Below, in pieces: positions 14,651 through 29,647 of a stretch of 64,000 nt of DNA; position 1 is the stretch's first letter, and each line of letters begins with the position of its first letter. The translations under genes and the position numbers were made by a program. Origin of the DNA: the human T2T-CHM13v2.0 reference genome, Homo sapiens; the NCBI RefSeq assembly GCF_009914755.1, contig NC_060943.1; one strand, given 5' to 3'. The notes under the pieces were generated by a model. It was not told the DNA's origin. It saw only the letters and a program-made list of their open reading frames with translations, and searched no databases.

Positions 14651-15252
14651 CAGAAAGCTGACTTCTGAACCAAAGCCCCATGCATATGTGCCCTTGGAAG
14701 GTCACTACCTGATACTGTCTATTGCTGGAAAAAGAGCAGCTTGCATAAGCATTTTTACCCACAAAACTGAAGCTATAGAATACACTAGGGAAATGCAGCT
14801 CATTGCTTGGGAGTTATGCATTAGATATGCTATGATCTGGTTCTACAGGCATTTATTGATTATTGACTCTTTGCTAGGAACTGTTTTGGGCATTAGGACA
14901 TGGTCCTTGCCCCTGAGATACTCACCATCTAATGGAAGACACAGACCAAAAAACAAGTAATATAGTCAATGTCATGTGTGGTATGTAATAGCAAAATGTA
15001 TCCCGTACTGAATGCTCCAGACTGGTGGAAAAATCATAATAAAATAAGAAGCAAGAACGGCAGCAGAATAGCTGGGGTTTACTGAGAACTTACTGTTTCG
15101 AGCACCCAAGATACAAAGCAACACGTTAGAGAAGATGGTCATTGTTTGGAAATTAGAGAAAAGCTGCTGGAAAAGAGGATTTAGAGATATAGTTTGGAGG
15201 ACCACAACCAGCTTGCACATGTTTTTATGGTTTAGAAATGGCAACTCCAGAA

Positions 15253-15601
<349 letters not shown>

Positions 15602-15890
15602 TGAGTCAGATGGCAACACAAAAATGCCTTGGGAACCAGCTGGGCCATTTCATGCAGCAGTAATTCTCTGGATCAGTCTCCTCGTGTGACTGATCCTGGT
15701 TTTAAGAAACTTGCTTCTATTTCCTGGTCAGAAAAGTCTCTCCCTCCTGCCTCATCTTTTCTACCCCTGTTTAGACACCACTCCTAGTTCAAAGCACCAT
15801 TGCCTCCTGCCTGGATGGTTGTAGTGGTCACTCACCTGGTTTCCTTTCTTCTACTATTGCTCTACCATCATCAGCTCTCCTTAGAAATCA

Positions 15891-16028
<138 letters not shown>

Positions 16029-16049
16029 TATATTTTGTATGTATATCTT

Positions 16050-16968
16050 TTTATATATATATTTGTATATATATTTATAGATGCATCTTTATATATATTT
16101 ATAGATGCATCTTTATATATATTTATAGATGTCTTTATATATATTTATAGATGCATCTTTATATATATTTATAGATGCCTTTATATATATTTATAGATGC
16201 GTCTTTATATATATTTATAGATGTCTTTATATATATTTATAGATGTGTCTTTATATATATTTATAGATGTCTTTATATATATTTATAGATGTCTTTATAT
16301 ATTTATAGATGCATCTTTATATATTTATAGATGTCTATATATTTATAGATGCATCTTTATATATTTATAGATGTCTTTATATATTTATAGATGCATCTTT
16401 ATATATATTTATAGATGTTTTTATATATATTTATAGATGTCTTTATGTATATTTATAGATGTCTTTATATATATTTATAGATGTCTTTATATATATTTAT
16501 AGATGCATCTTTATATATATTTATAGATGTCTTTATATATATTTATAGATGTCTTTATATATATTTACAGATGTCTTTATATATATTTACAGATGTCTTT
16601 ATATATATTTATAGATGTCTTTATATATATTTATAGATGTCTTTATATATTTATAGATGCATCTTTATATATTTATAGATGTCTTTATATATTTATAGAT
16701 GCATCTTTATATATATTTATAGATTTTTTATATATATTTATAGATGTCTTTATGTATATTTATAGATGTCTTTATATATATTTATAGATGTCTTTATATA
16801 TATTTATAGATGCATCTTTATATATATTTATAGATGTCTTTATATATATTTATAGATGTCTTTATATATATTTACTGATGTCTTTATATATATTTACAGA
16901 TGTCTTTATATATATTTATAGATGTCTTTATATATATTTATAGATGCATCTTTATATATATTTATAGG
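16050..16968. repeat. AT-rich VNTR, unit TTTATATA(TA)TTTATAGATG(CA)TC, 20-24 bp, ~40 copies
   Basis: Direct reading; follows the Alu monomer tail. Confidence 0.97.
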
Positions 16969-17082
16969 TGTGTCTAAAATATATATATGTTTTATACATG
17001 TATAAAAGAAACCAGAGGATCCAAAAAAATAGAGCCTGAGGGTGGAAAAAAGAAATCAGAGAAGCCATGAAGAAGAAAATAA

Positions 17083-17236
17083 GCCAGACAGAATGGCGTG
17101 CACCTGTGGTCCCAGCTACCCAGGAGGATCCCTTGAGCCTAGGAGTTTGAGTCCAGCCTGGGCAACATAGCAAGTGTCCGTCTCTAAAACAATTATATAA
17201 ATAAATAAAATTTAAAAAATAAATTTTAAAAAGAAA
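17083..17236 (+). mobile_element. Alu monomer (FLAM-like, deleted)
   Basis: cacctgtggtcccagctac...ttgagcctaggagtttgag..cagcctgggcaacatagcaag. Confidence 0.8.
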
Positions 17237-18468
17237 ATATAATTTCATCCGTCTTTCTTACACACACACAACTTTTAAAAAAACTTTCATGGCTTCAGAT
17301 CATGCACACAGTAACACTTGGGCTTCTTACCAGAGTCTGCAAGAACTGTGATATTCCAGCCCCAAAAACCCCTCTGCTCCCGCCGCCCAGCCTCCATCCA
17401 GGTCCCTGAGGAAGCCAGTATCCCCCATGGCTCCTCACCTCGGCACACGGCATTCCCACCTCTTTCCCTCGTGCCACTGGCCCCACCACCCTCCCCTGCT
17501 CCAGTCTGGTTCCTATTCTCCTTCTTTCTGTTGCCACATCAGGTGTCACTACCTTCGTAGAGCCCTCAATTCACCCACAGGACAGCTCCCTCTTACCTGC
17601 TTCTCTCACACCCCTCCTGTAGATTTTAACGCTGGGCACACTTTACTTTACCCTCTTTTGTCCACTCTAAGATCCACCTCCTCCTGTCCCCACTCTCTCA
17701 CATCTCTGAAATCAGGCTGTGTCCTACATGGGTGGCAGTCATGCTTAAGTTGTGGGCATTTTTCTGTTTCCTGTGGGTATATAAAGTAACAGTACATCTT
17801 ACAATCCATACCACCATCTTGGAGTCTACAGAAAGCACCATGTGTTTGCACAAAGTCTGTTTTCCTTGCACAGAGCTGGAGGATGAGTCCCATGGCTAGT
17901 CCCGGGGCCAAGCACAGCTCCTGGTACAAAGTGAGGCTCTGCCCAGAACAGGGCCAGACACACCCTTGATGCATCAGGTCAGATTCAAGAACCAGGTGGT
18001 TCCAAACAGCAGAGATCGTTTTGAAGGGTAAAGAGATAATGCATTTGTGTTACAAGTTAATAAATGATATTACAGTCATTCGTGGGCAAAGCAAGGCAAA
18101 GGGGCCAGAGGACTTAGTTATCATGGTCCACAGAGACCTTGGAAGAGAAAACATTTGAATTGAAGCCTGAATGGGAGAAGGAAGGAGCCATGCAGAGAGC
18201 TCTCTGGCAGAGGAGACGTCTCAATAGAGGGTTTCCAGATGGAGGGATTCTCAGCCTTGGCACTCTTCACATCTGGGGCCATGACAGCTACGTGAGTGCA
18301 TGCGGTGGTCCCAGCTACCTGTCTCACTGCACTCCAGCCAGGATGAAAGCACACCCTCCCTGACCACCCTCAAGTGATCTGGCACCTGATAAGCTCTGAC
18401 GTGGCCTCCTGTCCCATCCTTCCTTTCTCTCTCTCTCTCTAATTTTTTTCTTTTTGAGATGGAGTCTT

Positions 18469-18699
18469 GAAAGAAGGAAGGAAGGAAGGAAAAGGGAAGA
18501 GAGAAAGAAAGAAAAAGAAAGAGAGAGTAAGAAAGAAAGAAAGAAAAAAGAGAGAGAAAGAGAGAGACAGAAAAGAAAGAGAAAGAGAGAGAGAGGGAGG
18601 GAGGGAAAGAAAGAAAGAGAGAGATGAAAGAAAGAAAGAAAAGAAAAGAAAGAGAGAAAGAAAGAAAAGAAAAGAAAGAAAGAGAGGAGGGAAGGAAGG
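18469..18699. repeat. GA-rich low-complexity polypurine tract
   Basis: (GAAA)n/(GA)n/(GGAA)n mixture. Confidence 0.95.
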
Positions 18700-18717
18700 T
18701 TCTTAGGATGCTATAGG

Positions 18718-18930
18718 TCAAGGTTTCAACCTCGGAACTATTGACATTTGGGGTTGGACCAGTCCTTGTGGGGCCGTCCCATGGCTTGCAGGGTGTTTAG
18801 CAACATTCCTGGCCTCCACCCACTAGACGTCAGTAGCACTCCCCTCTCCAGTGGCAGCAACCACAAATGTCTTCAAACATTTCTAAGTGTCCCTTGGGAA
18901 AGGCAAAATCACCCTGGTTGAGAACCACTG
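18718..18930 (-). mobile_element. MER20
   Basis: caaggtttcaacctcggaactattgacatttgggg...caaaatcaccctggttgagaaccactg. Confidence 0.9.
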
Positions 18931-19375
18931 CTGTGGAAGACTTCAACCATGATGAACATTAAGCCCCATCACTCCGTTCAAACCAAAAAGTGATAAAGTC
19001 TAGAGTTTACTAGAGGTCAGTGGTATGCCAGGAACCATGCTTCGCTTGGGATGCACCCTTTAACCATCCAGCAACCCCACCAGGTAGAGCATGGCATCTC
19101 CCTGTGTTACACTGGAGAAAACTAGAGACTCTGAGGGTTTAGTCACCTTGCTGTAGGTCATGTGTAGCAGGGGCAGACCTTGCATCCCAACAGGAGGTTC
19201 TGCTGGCTCTGGGACCTGGGCTCTGCCCTGTACCGTCTCCCTGCTTACAGACTCAAAAGCAGTATCTCCTAACATCTCAGCCTCTGCACGTGCCATTCTC
19301 CAGGCTTACATACAGCTCTGCTAACTCCCCTTCTTTCTTTATTGAGTTCCAGGACACTCTAAAGAGGTCACTTCC

Positions 19376-19673
19376 TGCTGGGCACAGTGGCTCATGCCTG
19401 TAATCCCAGAGTCTTGGAAAGCTGAGACGAGAAGATAACTTGAGTCCATAAATTCAAGATCAGCCTGGGCAACATAGTGAGACAGACCCTGTCTCTACAA
19501 AAAATTTTAAATATTAGTTGGGCCATGGTGGCACACACCTGTAATGGCAGCTACTCAGGAGGCTGACGTGGGGGGATCACTTGAGCCCAAAAGTTTAAGG
19601 TTGCAGTGAACCCTGATTATGGCACTGCACTCCAGCCTGGGCAACAGAGAGACAGAGTGCCTCTATTTTTTTT
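19376..19673 (+). mobile_element. AluJ
   Basis: J-type arms; TSD aaagaggtcacttcc / aaagaggccacttgc. Confidence 0.92.
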
Positions 19674-20439
19674 AAAGAGGCCACTTGCTATCAGAAGAGT
19701 TTCCTGAGCATCCCCCGCAACCTCACCCTACTCCCATTTTTGCTATCTCCATGGGCCCTACTTCTCCTCTCTTAGCTCCAATTATGCTATAATGCAGCAC
19801 ATGCATTTTTGCTGATCTGCTGACTTGCCTCATTGGTGTGAAGCAACAGCTGGGACAGCAACTGCTCCACATTCCCCCGGATCCTCCTTCAACTTCTCCC
19901 ACTCCTGGGCCAAAGGTGTGCATTTAGCTCCATAGCAAAGTGTCATGGCTTCTGCAGAACACTCTGGTCACCAAGGCGAGAGGCAACACAGGTGGACACG
20001 GGTTTCAGTCCATCTTTGTGGGGCTCCTGCTTGTCCTTGCTCTACCTGGCTCTACATCTATCTTCTCTTCTTGACTTCCTGTCCTGTGGACTTCAAGCAC
20101 CAACATCAGAAACAAATAAATTTCCTTGCAGAATCTTCTTAACCAGCTGCACAACTGCTTAAGATCAAATTCTAGAGTTCCTGCCTCTCTGCTTGAGCAC
20201 TGACATACTTTGGTATCAGACTATATAGTTATTGCCTGCTTGCTTTCCTGTCTTCTCCCAACCTACTCCTCCAAACCTAGGAATTGCTCCCCCGTTTCCT
20301 AGAACCTGCCACTCCCTCTCTGAAATTCTGAGCTCCGAAGGGCAGGAACCCCACCTTATTCAGTTAAAACTGCTTTCATCTGAAAAAAGGTCATCTAAGT
20401 TTTCTTCCCACTGATTCATCTTAGTAAGATGGTCAAATG

Positions 20440-20680
20440 TCTTAGCAGTGGAGTAAAGACTTTGGAATCTGAAGTAAAACAGACCTAGACTTAGTTCTTT
20501 GTTTCTTCCCTTTTCAAGCTATCTAACCAAGGGCTGAGCCTTAGTGCCGTCAAGAGTAAACTGGGAGAAGATTACTACATGCAGTGGTGTTGTGGAGAAG
20601 AACTGAGAGAAGCCATGCAAACGCTTCAGCACAATATCTGGTATCAGTAGGTGCTAAATCTTGGCTCTCAGCTGTCATGA
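20440..20680 (+). mobile_element. MIR
   Basis: agactttggaatctga...ctgagccttag...gtgttgtggagaagaactgag...cttcagcacaatatctgg. Confidence 0.6.
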
Positions 20681-20806
20681 TTTTGAGTTTGGCTGCAGAA
20701 TTCAGCTCAGAGGGAGGCCCACACGATTTCGATTTGCCCCAGATTCAAATTCCAAATGCACAGAGCTCTACTGATCCAATGAGAAGAAAGTCATTCGGTG
20801 CAGTGA

Positions 20807-21277
<471 letters not shown>

Positions 21278-21486
21278 TGACTCCATACTCAGTCCCATCC
21301 TTTCCATTCACCAGCCTGAGCCTGCCCCTGTTCCCCAGGCAAATGGGAGCTCTCCTGGAGGCAGGTCAGTGATTCCGAAATGACTTCAATGGGAGAGATG
21401 GAGGACAGTGCAAGGGGTGCAACCACAGGCTTTTGCATATTCATCATGTTGGGTTGCTACAGGAGCATGCACATTTGGCTGTGTAA

Positions 21487-21856
<370 letters not shown>

Positions 21857-21888
21857 GAGTCAACTTTTATTTTAAAAATACTAACCCA

Positions 21889-22767
21889 CTCTCTCCTCCA
21901 GTCACATAAGATGCAAAAAAAAAAAAAAAAAAATGCCAAGGAGAAGAAGGTGGCCCCAGTCCCTGCTGTCATGAAGAAGCAGGAGACCATGAAACTGGTG
22001 AATCCTCTGTTTGAGAAAAGGCCTAAGATAAGAATCTTGGCACTGGACAGGACATCCAACCCAAAACGGACCTCACGCGCTTTGTCAAACAGTCTCACGT
22101 TGCAGTGGCAAAGAACCATTCTTTCCGTGAGTGGCTGAAAGTGCCTCCTGCAATCAGCCAGTTCACCCAGGCCTCAGACTCTCACGCAGCCACCCAACTG
22201 CTTAAGCTGGCCCAGTACACACCAGAGGTAAAGCAGAAGGAGAAGCAGAGACTGTTGTCCTGGGCTAAGAAGAAAGCTGTCAGCAAAGGGAACACCCCTA
22301 CGAAGAGACCACCCATCCTTCAAGCAGGGTTAACACTGCCACCACCATGTTCACACACAGCAAGAAGGCTCAGCTGATGGTGACTGCGTGTGACATGGAT
22401 CCCAGCAAGCTGTCTGTCTTCCTGCCTGCCCTGGATTGTAAGATGGGAGTTCCTGACTGCATTAATGAGGGGAAGGCAAGACTGGGGTACTGAGTCCACA
22501 GGAAGACCAGCACCACTGTTACCTTCACGCCAGTTAACTTGGGAGACAAAGGAGCTTTGGCTAAGCTGGTGGAAGCTACCAGGACCAATTAAATTAACAG
22601 ATATGATGAGATCTGTAGTCACTGGGGAGGCAACATCCTGGGTCCAAAATCCCTGGCTTGCATTGCCAAAGCTGGAAAAGGCAAAGACTAAAGAACTTGC
22701 CACCAAACTGGGTTAAATCTACACTGCTGAGTTTTCTGTACATAAAAATAATTAAAAATTCTCCTTT
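21889..22767 (+). pseudogene. RPL7A (pseudogene copy): Processed pseudogene of 60S ribosomal protein L7a (eL8)
   Basis: Intronless. 5' TOP-like ctctctcctcc, ATG 21911. Peptides [62 protein letters not shown] (TAA 22714-16) fall in different frames (frameshifts and stops). RPL7A-like 3' UTR gagttttctgtacataaaaataatt. Degenerate TSD aaaaatactaa / aaaaatatcaa. Confidence 0.96.
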
Positions 22768-22861
22768 AAAAATATCAAGTAGCTGCTTCTTTAGAGCTAG
22801 GCACCGGATTACCCACTGGGAATACAATTGCGAGCAATTCTCTTAAAAAAAAAATAGATAT

Positions 22862-23158
22862 GGCCAGGTACAGTGGCTCACGCCTGTAATCCCAACAGTT
22901 TGGGAGGCTGAGGCAGGTGGATAACCTGAGGTCAGGAGTTCGAGACCAACCTGGCCAACATGGTGAAACCCCGTCTCTACTAAAAATACAAAAAATTAGC
23001 CAGGTGTGGTGGCACATGCCTGTAATCTCAGCTACTTGGGAGGCTGAGGCAGGAGAATCACTTCAACCCAGGAGGTGGAGGTTGCAGTGAGCCAAGATTG
23101 CACCATTGCACTCCAGCCTGGGCAACAAGAGTGAAACTCCGTCTCAAAAAAAAAAAAA
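22862..23158 (+). mobile_element. AluSq-type
   Basis: ggcaacaagagtgaaactcc; full dimer. Confidence 0.93.
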
Positions 23159-23445
23159 GAATCAGCTCAAAAGAATCCTGATGTCAAAGAGACACATCTG
23201 GGGACAGCATATTCTGGTCCCCTACACAGGAAATGCACAGATCTTGAACACATCGGCAGAAGCAGGCTTCTCTTGTCTCCTGGTAGCATCATTACCCCCA
23301 ACTGTCTTCACGCTCATTCACCAAAAATTATTTATTTCATCAATTCATCAATTTTTGCTTGTCAAAAATTGGATATGATATTGGCATGCATCTATGGGGT
23401 ACTGATTAATAATAATAATAGAGTTTTTTTTTTAAAAAAAAGGAA

Positions 23446-23755
23446 GGCCAGGCAAGGTGGTTCACGCCTGTAATTGCAGCACTTTGGGAGGCCGGGGTAG
23501 GCAGATCACCTGAGGTCAGGAGTTCGAGACCAACCTGGCCAACATGGTGAAACCCCGTCTCTACTAAAAATACAAAAATTAGCCAGGTGTGGTGGCGCAT
23601 GCCTGTAATCCCAGGTACTTGGGAGGCTGAGGCAGGAGAATCACTTCAACCCGGGAGGTGGAGGTTGCAGTGAGCACAGATTGCACCATTGCACACCAGC
23701 CTGGGCAACAAGAGCGAAACTCAGTCTCAAATAATAATGATAATAATAAATAAAA
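23446..23755 (+). mobile_element. AluSq-type
   Basis: Full dimer; shares private variants with the 22862 Alu. Confidence 0.93.
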
Positions 23756-23757
23756 GA

Positions 23758-24110
23758 TGGAATACTACACAGCTACAGAAAAGGAACACAGGAGTGCTTA
23801 AGTTCCAAAATGGCATGATCTCTAAAATATATTTTTGTGAAAAAACAAGATACAAAACAATGGATTTAATGTGCCAAATTTTATACCACAGGGGAGAAAT
23901 GTATAAGCACACCTCCTGTGTGTCCACAGACACCTCTGTTTTCTTGCTTGTATCATTGGTTGCCTCCAGGGAAGGAAACCAGGTGCCCACAAAACTGAGA
24001 AGAGAGTCTTCACGAAATCTCTTTCTAAACCTTTTAAATGTATCACCTATTCAGAAAATGAATGGAATTGAATTTACAATAAAAATAGCACTAAAATATA
24101 AAATAAAGTG
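23758..24110 (+). mobile_element. L1ME 3' fragment
   Basis: tggaatactacacagct...gtgaaaaaacaagatacaaaac. Confidence 0.55.
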
Positions 24111-24169
24111 GAAGGATCTGTTGTCCAGAGAGATAGAGACAGGGAGAGGGAGTGAGGCCTGTGCCAGGC

Positions 24170-24420
24170 TGTAGATGCAGTTGTTGTGATTGAGTTTTCT
24201 GGCGCCAGGCTCGTGGGCTGAAGCCCCAGCTCCACAAGTTACTAGCTGTGTGCTCTCAGGCAAGTTACTTAACCTCTCTGGGCCCGGGCCACCTCTGTAA
24301 ATTAAGCATCATAAAATTACCCCCTTCATGTGGTTGTTAGGCAAATTAATGAATATGGTAAAATGCTTGAATACAGGGTCTGGCCCAGAGTAGGTTGTGT
24401 AATCATTTCTACAGCTACTT
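24170..24420 (+). mobile_element. MIR
   Basis: ttactagctgtgtgctctcaggcaagttacttaacctctctg...ctgtaaa. Confidence 0.8.
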
Positions 24421-24639
24421 TTCTCCATCCCGGGCTGCTAATGACATCTGTATGATTAGCAGTACTCTGCGCTGAGCCCTGAGGATGCTGGGGAGGTAGT
24501 GATGCCCAAGGAGGAACTCTCCACCCCATAGCATAGGAATGGCCATACATCCTAGTAGGGTGAGGACTCCAGGCTGGGCCACTGCAGAGAAAGGCGCCAG
24601 CCCCAGTTAGGAAGACGTCTACACGATGTGTTGCCTGAG

Positions 24640-24850
24640 AAGAGTACACCAGCCTCTCTATGCCGAAGCCTGGTTCTACTCCATCCTGGCTACTGGACCT
24701 CAGATAAGAAGTCATTGAACTGCCCTGTGCCTCGGTTTCCCCATCTGGAACAACAGTATATTGATAGTGTCAACCTCGGAGAGCTGTTGTAAAGATCAAG
24801 TGAGATGATCCTATGAAACTCTCAGCACAGGCAGCTATTATTATTATTGC
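24640..24850 (+). mobile_element. MIR
   Basis: ctgtgcctcggtttccccatctgg...gttgtaaagatcaagtgagatgat. Confidence 0.75.
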
Positions 24851-24985
24851 TGCTGTTGTTGTTGTTAAGGAGCGAGGCTCTGAGGAGTGGGTAAGGATAA
24901 GGTGGGTACAGATAAGCATGGGATGGTGCACGCGAGAAGCAAAGTTTAGTGTTTTTGGAAAGCAGAAAAGGGCTCAGCGAGTCAG

Positions 24986-25372
24986 TGTATTAATTTTCTA
25001 GAGCTGCCATCACAAAGCGCCACACACCAGGTGGCTTCTACAACCGAAATCAAATTTCTCATGGTCCTGGCAGCTGGAAGTCTGAGATCCACGCGTCAGC
25101 AGGATTGGCTTCTCCTGAGGCCTCTCCCCTTGGCTTGCAGACGCCATCTTTACCCTGGATACTCACGTGGTCGTCCCTCTGTGCGTGTCTGTATCCTAAT
25201 CTCTTCCTATAAAGACGTCAATCATATTGCATGAGGCCTACCACCCTAACAACCTCATTTTACCTGAATTACCTCTTCAAGGACCCTATTTCAAAATACA
25301 GTCATATTTTGAGGGCCTGGGGGCGAGGACTTCAATATATGCATCTTGGAGGACACAGCCTCGCCTGTAACA
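24986..25372 (-). mobile_element. MLT1A-type LTR
   Basis: ctcctgaggcctctccccttggcttgcagacgccatc...aaatacagtcata...cctgtaaca. Confidence 0.85.
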
Positions 25373-25899
25373 GCCCCAAGCCCAGGAGGTGGGCTGGGCA
25401 GTGGTAAGAGGAGGCTGGAGGGTTTGGTAAAGGCTGGATCTGGGGGTCTATTTTACACCACAGTCAGCAGCCTGGCTTCCACCCTGAGTGCGGTAGGAGC
25501 CCCCATGGGTCACAGGAGGGCAGGGTCACACTCTGTGTCCAGGCAGGACGGCAATGGCTCCCTGTGGGCCCAACTGGATGCTAGAGGAGGCTGTGTGGAA
25601 ATCCAGGCAAAGGCTGGAGACACGGCTGGGTCAGTGGGGTAGACAGGTCTGGGTGGAAGAGAGTTTGCACCCATGCCATCAACGCATGAGCATCTTGGCT
25701 TCCACCTCCCCTACTAGCAACAAAGCTCGTAAATGAGCTCGCACCCCTGCCTCTCCCCTCCGCTCCCCTTCTCCATGGGAGGAAAAGGGACTGGGTCTAA
25801 TGCCGTTTCTTTCTCAAGCTCTGCCTGTGATTTCTTTCCTGTTGTAGATTTTAGACTAACTCTGTGGCGCCCTCTACTGACCAGGTGCGTCTCGCCCAG

Positions 25900-26532
<633 letters not shown>

Positions 26533-26575
26533 TTTCCCCCTGCTTTAGACTATTATAAATGTAATGTATACATAC

Positions 26576-26795
26576 CAGGGATTCGCAAATTCGGCACTAT
26601 TGGCATTTGGGGCTGGATAACTCTTGGTGATGGCTCTGTGCTGTGCATTTGTGGGATGTTGAGCAGCAACCCTGGCTTCTACCTATGAAACGTGAGTGTC
26701 CCTGCCTCTCACCCAATTGTGACAACCAAAAATGCCTCCAGGCATTGCCAAATGTCCCCTGGGGCACAAAATCACTCCCAATCTAGAATCATTGA
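26576..26795 (-). mobile_element. MER20
   Basis: ggcactattggcatttggggctggataac...gtgacaaccaaaaatgcctccaggcattgccaaatgtcccctgggg. Confidence 0.9.
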
Positions 26796-26889
26796 AATAT
26801 ATATGTATATGAAAAAGAGACATTGATGAAATGAAAAACCATGAACTCTAAGGACTTTTGACTCTTACAGAGCACCATCCTGTGTGAGC

Positions 26890-27080
26890 TCCGTGTTGCA
26901 TGCCCACCTGTGTTTCCCTCTCAGTCCTCATAATGACCCTACAGGGTGGACATTATCATTATGCCCTTTTTGCAGATGAGGAAACTGAGGCACTGGGTGG
27001 TTAAGTGACTGGCCCTGAGGTGCACTGCTAATGGGTGGCCCAGCCCAGACCCAAATCCAGGCCACGTCCCCGGTGTAAGA
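26890..27080 (-). mobile_element. MIR
   Basis: ttttgcagatgaggaaactgaggcac..ggttaagtgact. Confidence 0.85.
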
Positions 27081-27304
27081 GAGGCGAGCGTGTGCCTGGC
27101 ACCTGCAGACCCACGGTGAGAACCCAGATCTCCACTGAGTGCCCCATCCCTGACGTGGAACCTGAGTCCTCCCTTTGGGGAGGAAGGTGAAGAAGTGGGT
27201 AGGAGTCACGATTAACTTTACCTCCCTTGGTGGCCAAAAGAAACCAGAAAATAAGCTCCATTCCAACCCCTTCCTGTGGAATTATGATAGAGCAGGAAAG
27301 CATA

Positions 27305-27592
27305 GCAGAGCACGGTGGCTCACACCTGTCATCCCAGCACTTTGGGAGGCTGAGGAGGGTGGATCACTTGAGGTCAGGAGTTCGAGACCTGACCTGGCCA
27401 ACACAGTGAAACCCCATCTCTACTAAAAATACAAAAATTAGCCAGGCGTGGTGGTGTGCACCTGTAATCCCAGCTACAAGCAGGAGAATACCTTGAACAC
27501 GGGAGGCAGAGGCTGTAGTGAGCCGAGATTGAGACACTGCACTCCAGCCTGGGAGACAGAGCAAGACTCCATCTCAAAAAAAAAAAAAAAAA
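27305..27592 (+). mobile_element. AluS
   Basis: Dimer with internal deletion; TSD agagcaggaaagca / agaacaggaaagca. Confidence 0.92.
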
Positions 27593-28218
27593 GAACAGGA
27601 AAGCAGGAATCCATTCATTCATTCATTGCAGTCAGGTCGTGTGTATGGAGGCCCTGCTGTATGCCAAAGTCTATTGAAGGCAGTGAGAGTGCAGCCATGA
27701 AGAAAACAACACAGCTCTGCTCAGGAAACTCACCGACACTGAACAAGGATGGGGAATCACAGAAAAAGGAATTTAAAATTAATTAATTAATTAAAAAAAG
27801 GATTTCAGGCCTAGACAAGTTATTTGGAGAAAATAAGACAGAGAAATGACTAGCATGAGGACAGACGTGAAAGACTCCAGAAACATTTTTCTAAGGTGTC
27901 TCCCGGGAGTCACATGTTTAATCCGCATTGCGGGTGATTCTGCAGTGAGGGAGGGGGCTTAGGGCATCCTTGGCAAACCCTGCCTTGGACCCAGCCTGGG
28001 TTAGCCCCCCTAGGCCCATGGGGGGTTCAGGGTGGAGGAGAAGCAGCCTCCACCCAGACCCTCTTCTGTGTACCCAACCCCCAAGTCTTTAGGGAGTCCC
28101 CGCGGTGAGGCCAGGCTGGGATCTGAACCCGCAGGCATGCACAGGCTAAGCCCTGAGCCTAGAAAATTCCAGGCCCCGCATCCCTCCAGCATTGGCACAG
28201 CCCCTCCTCTTCTCCGCG

Positions 28219-28237
28219 GTTTCCATGGCAACAGCTG
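28219..28237 (+). promoter_or_regulatory. RFX X-box GTTTCCATGGCAAC with overlapping E-box CAGCTG
   Basis: 14-bp match to the RFX palindromic consensus in GC-rich unique sequence. Confidence 0.7.
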
Positions 28238-28966
28238 TCGCCAGGTGAGATCTCTCAGGGGACTGAGCCTCCCAGGAGCCAGGTGGGGATGGGGAGGGCT
28301 GGGCGCATTCATAGTCCACTCTTGACTTTGATGCAGTTAAACGCATCCTCAGACAGGGGTCTTTGCAGAACAGGGCAGAAAAACAGGCCTGTGCGGGTCT
28401 CTGCAGCCTCTGGTAGAAATCCCAGATCGCCAGAAATGACTAGTGACAGAAATGATATCTGTCCGCCCTTTCACTCCTTCATTCATTAAACCACTTAATT
28501 TTTGCATAAAGATCAATTCGATCAGTATAGATGATTAATATGAGAGTTTTATGAATCTATTAATGCTGTATCTATTTCGAGCTGCTGGCATTGTTCTAGG
28601 GAGACAGTATTGATGAAGAAAATACCTGCAGTGCTTCCTTAACAGGGTTGGCTTAGATGGGGCTGCCGCACAAAACACCGCGGACCCCGATATGTAATAT
28701 GATGGCAGGCTTTGAAAAGTTCTGTGGAGACGAGTAAAGCAGCCCGTGTTGTTTGGGATTTAATTTCCTTCATTGTGAAGTGGTGATACATTCGCAGAGT
28801 CAAAATGACATTTTAAGATGTGATTTTAACTCTGCGACTGGAATAATTTCTGGGGAAACATTGTGTAATGAAAATTAAACCTCATGCCCTCATCCCAAGG
28901 CACCCGACACCCCTCCCGGAAGCCACGTCTGTTCCACGTTCCACATTCCTTCTTGAATAATTCTGA

Positions 28967-29647
<681 letters not shown>

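Noticed and set aside
16050-16968. Array superficially like a CRISPR or other repeat-spacer locus
   Set aside because: No unique spacers, contiguous AT-rich units, primate context; it is a VNTR
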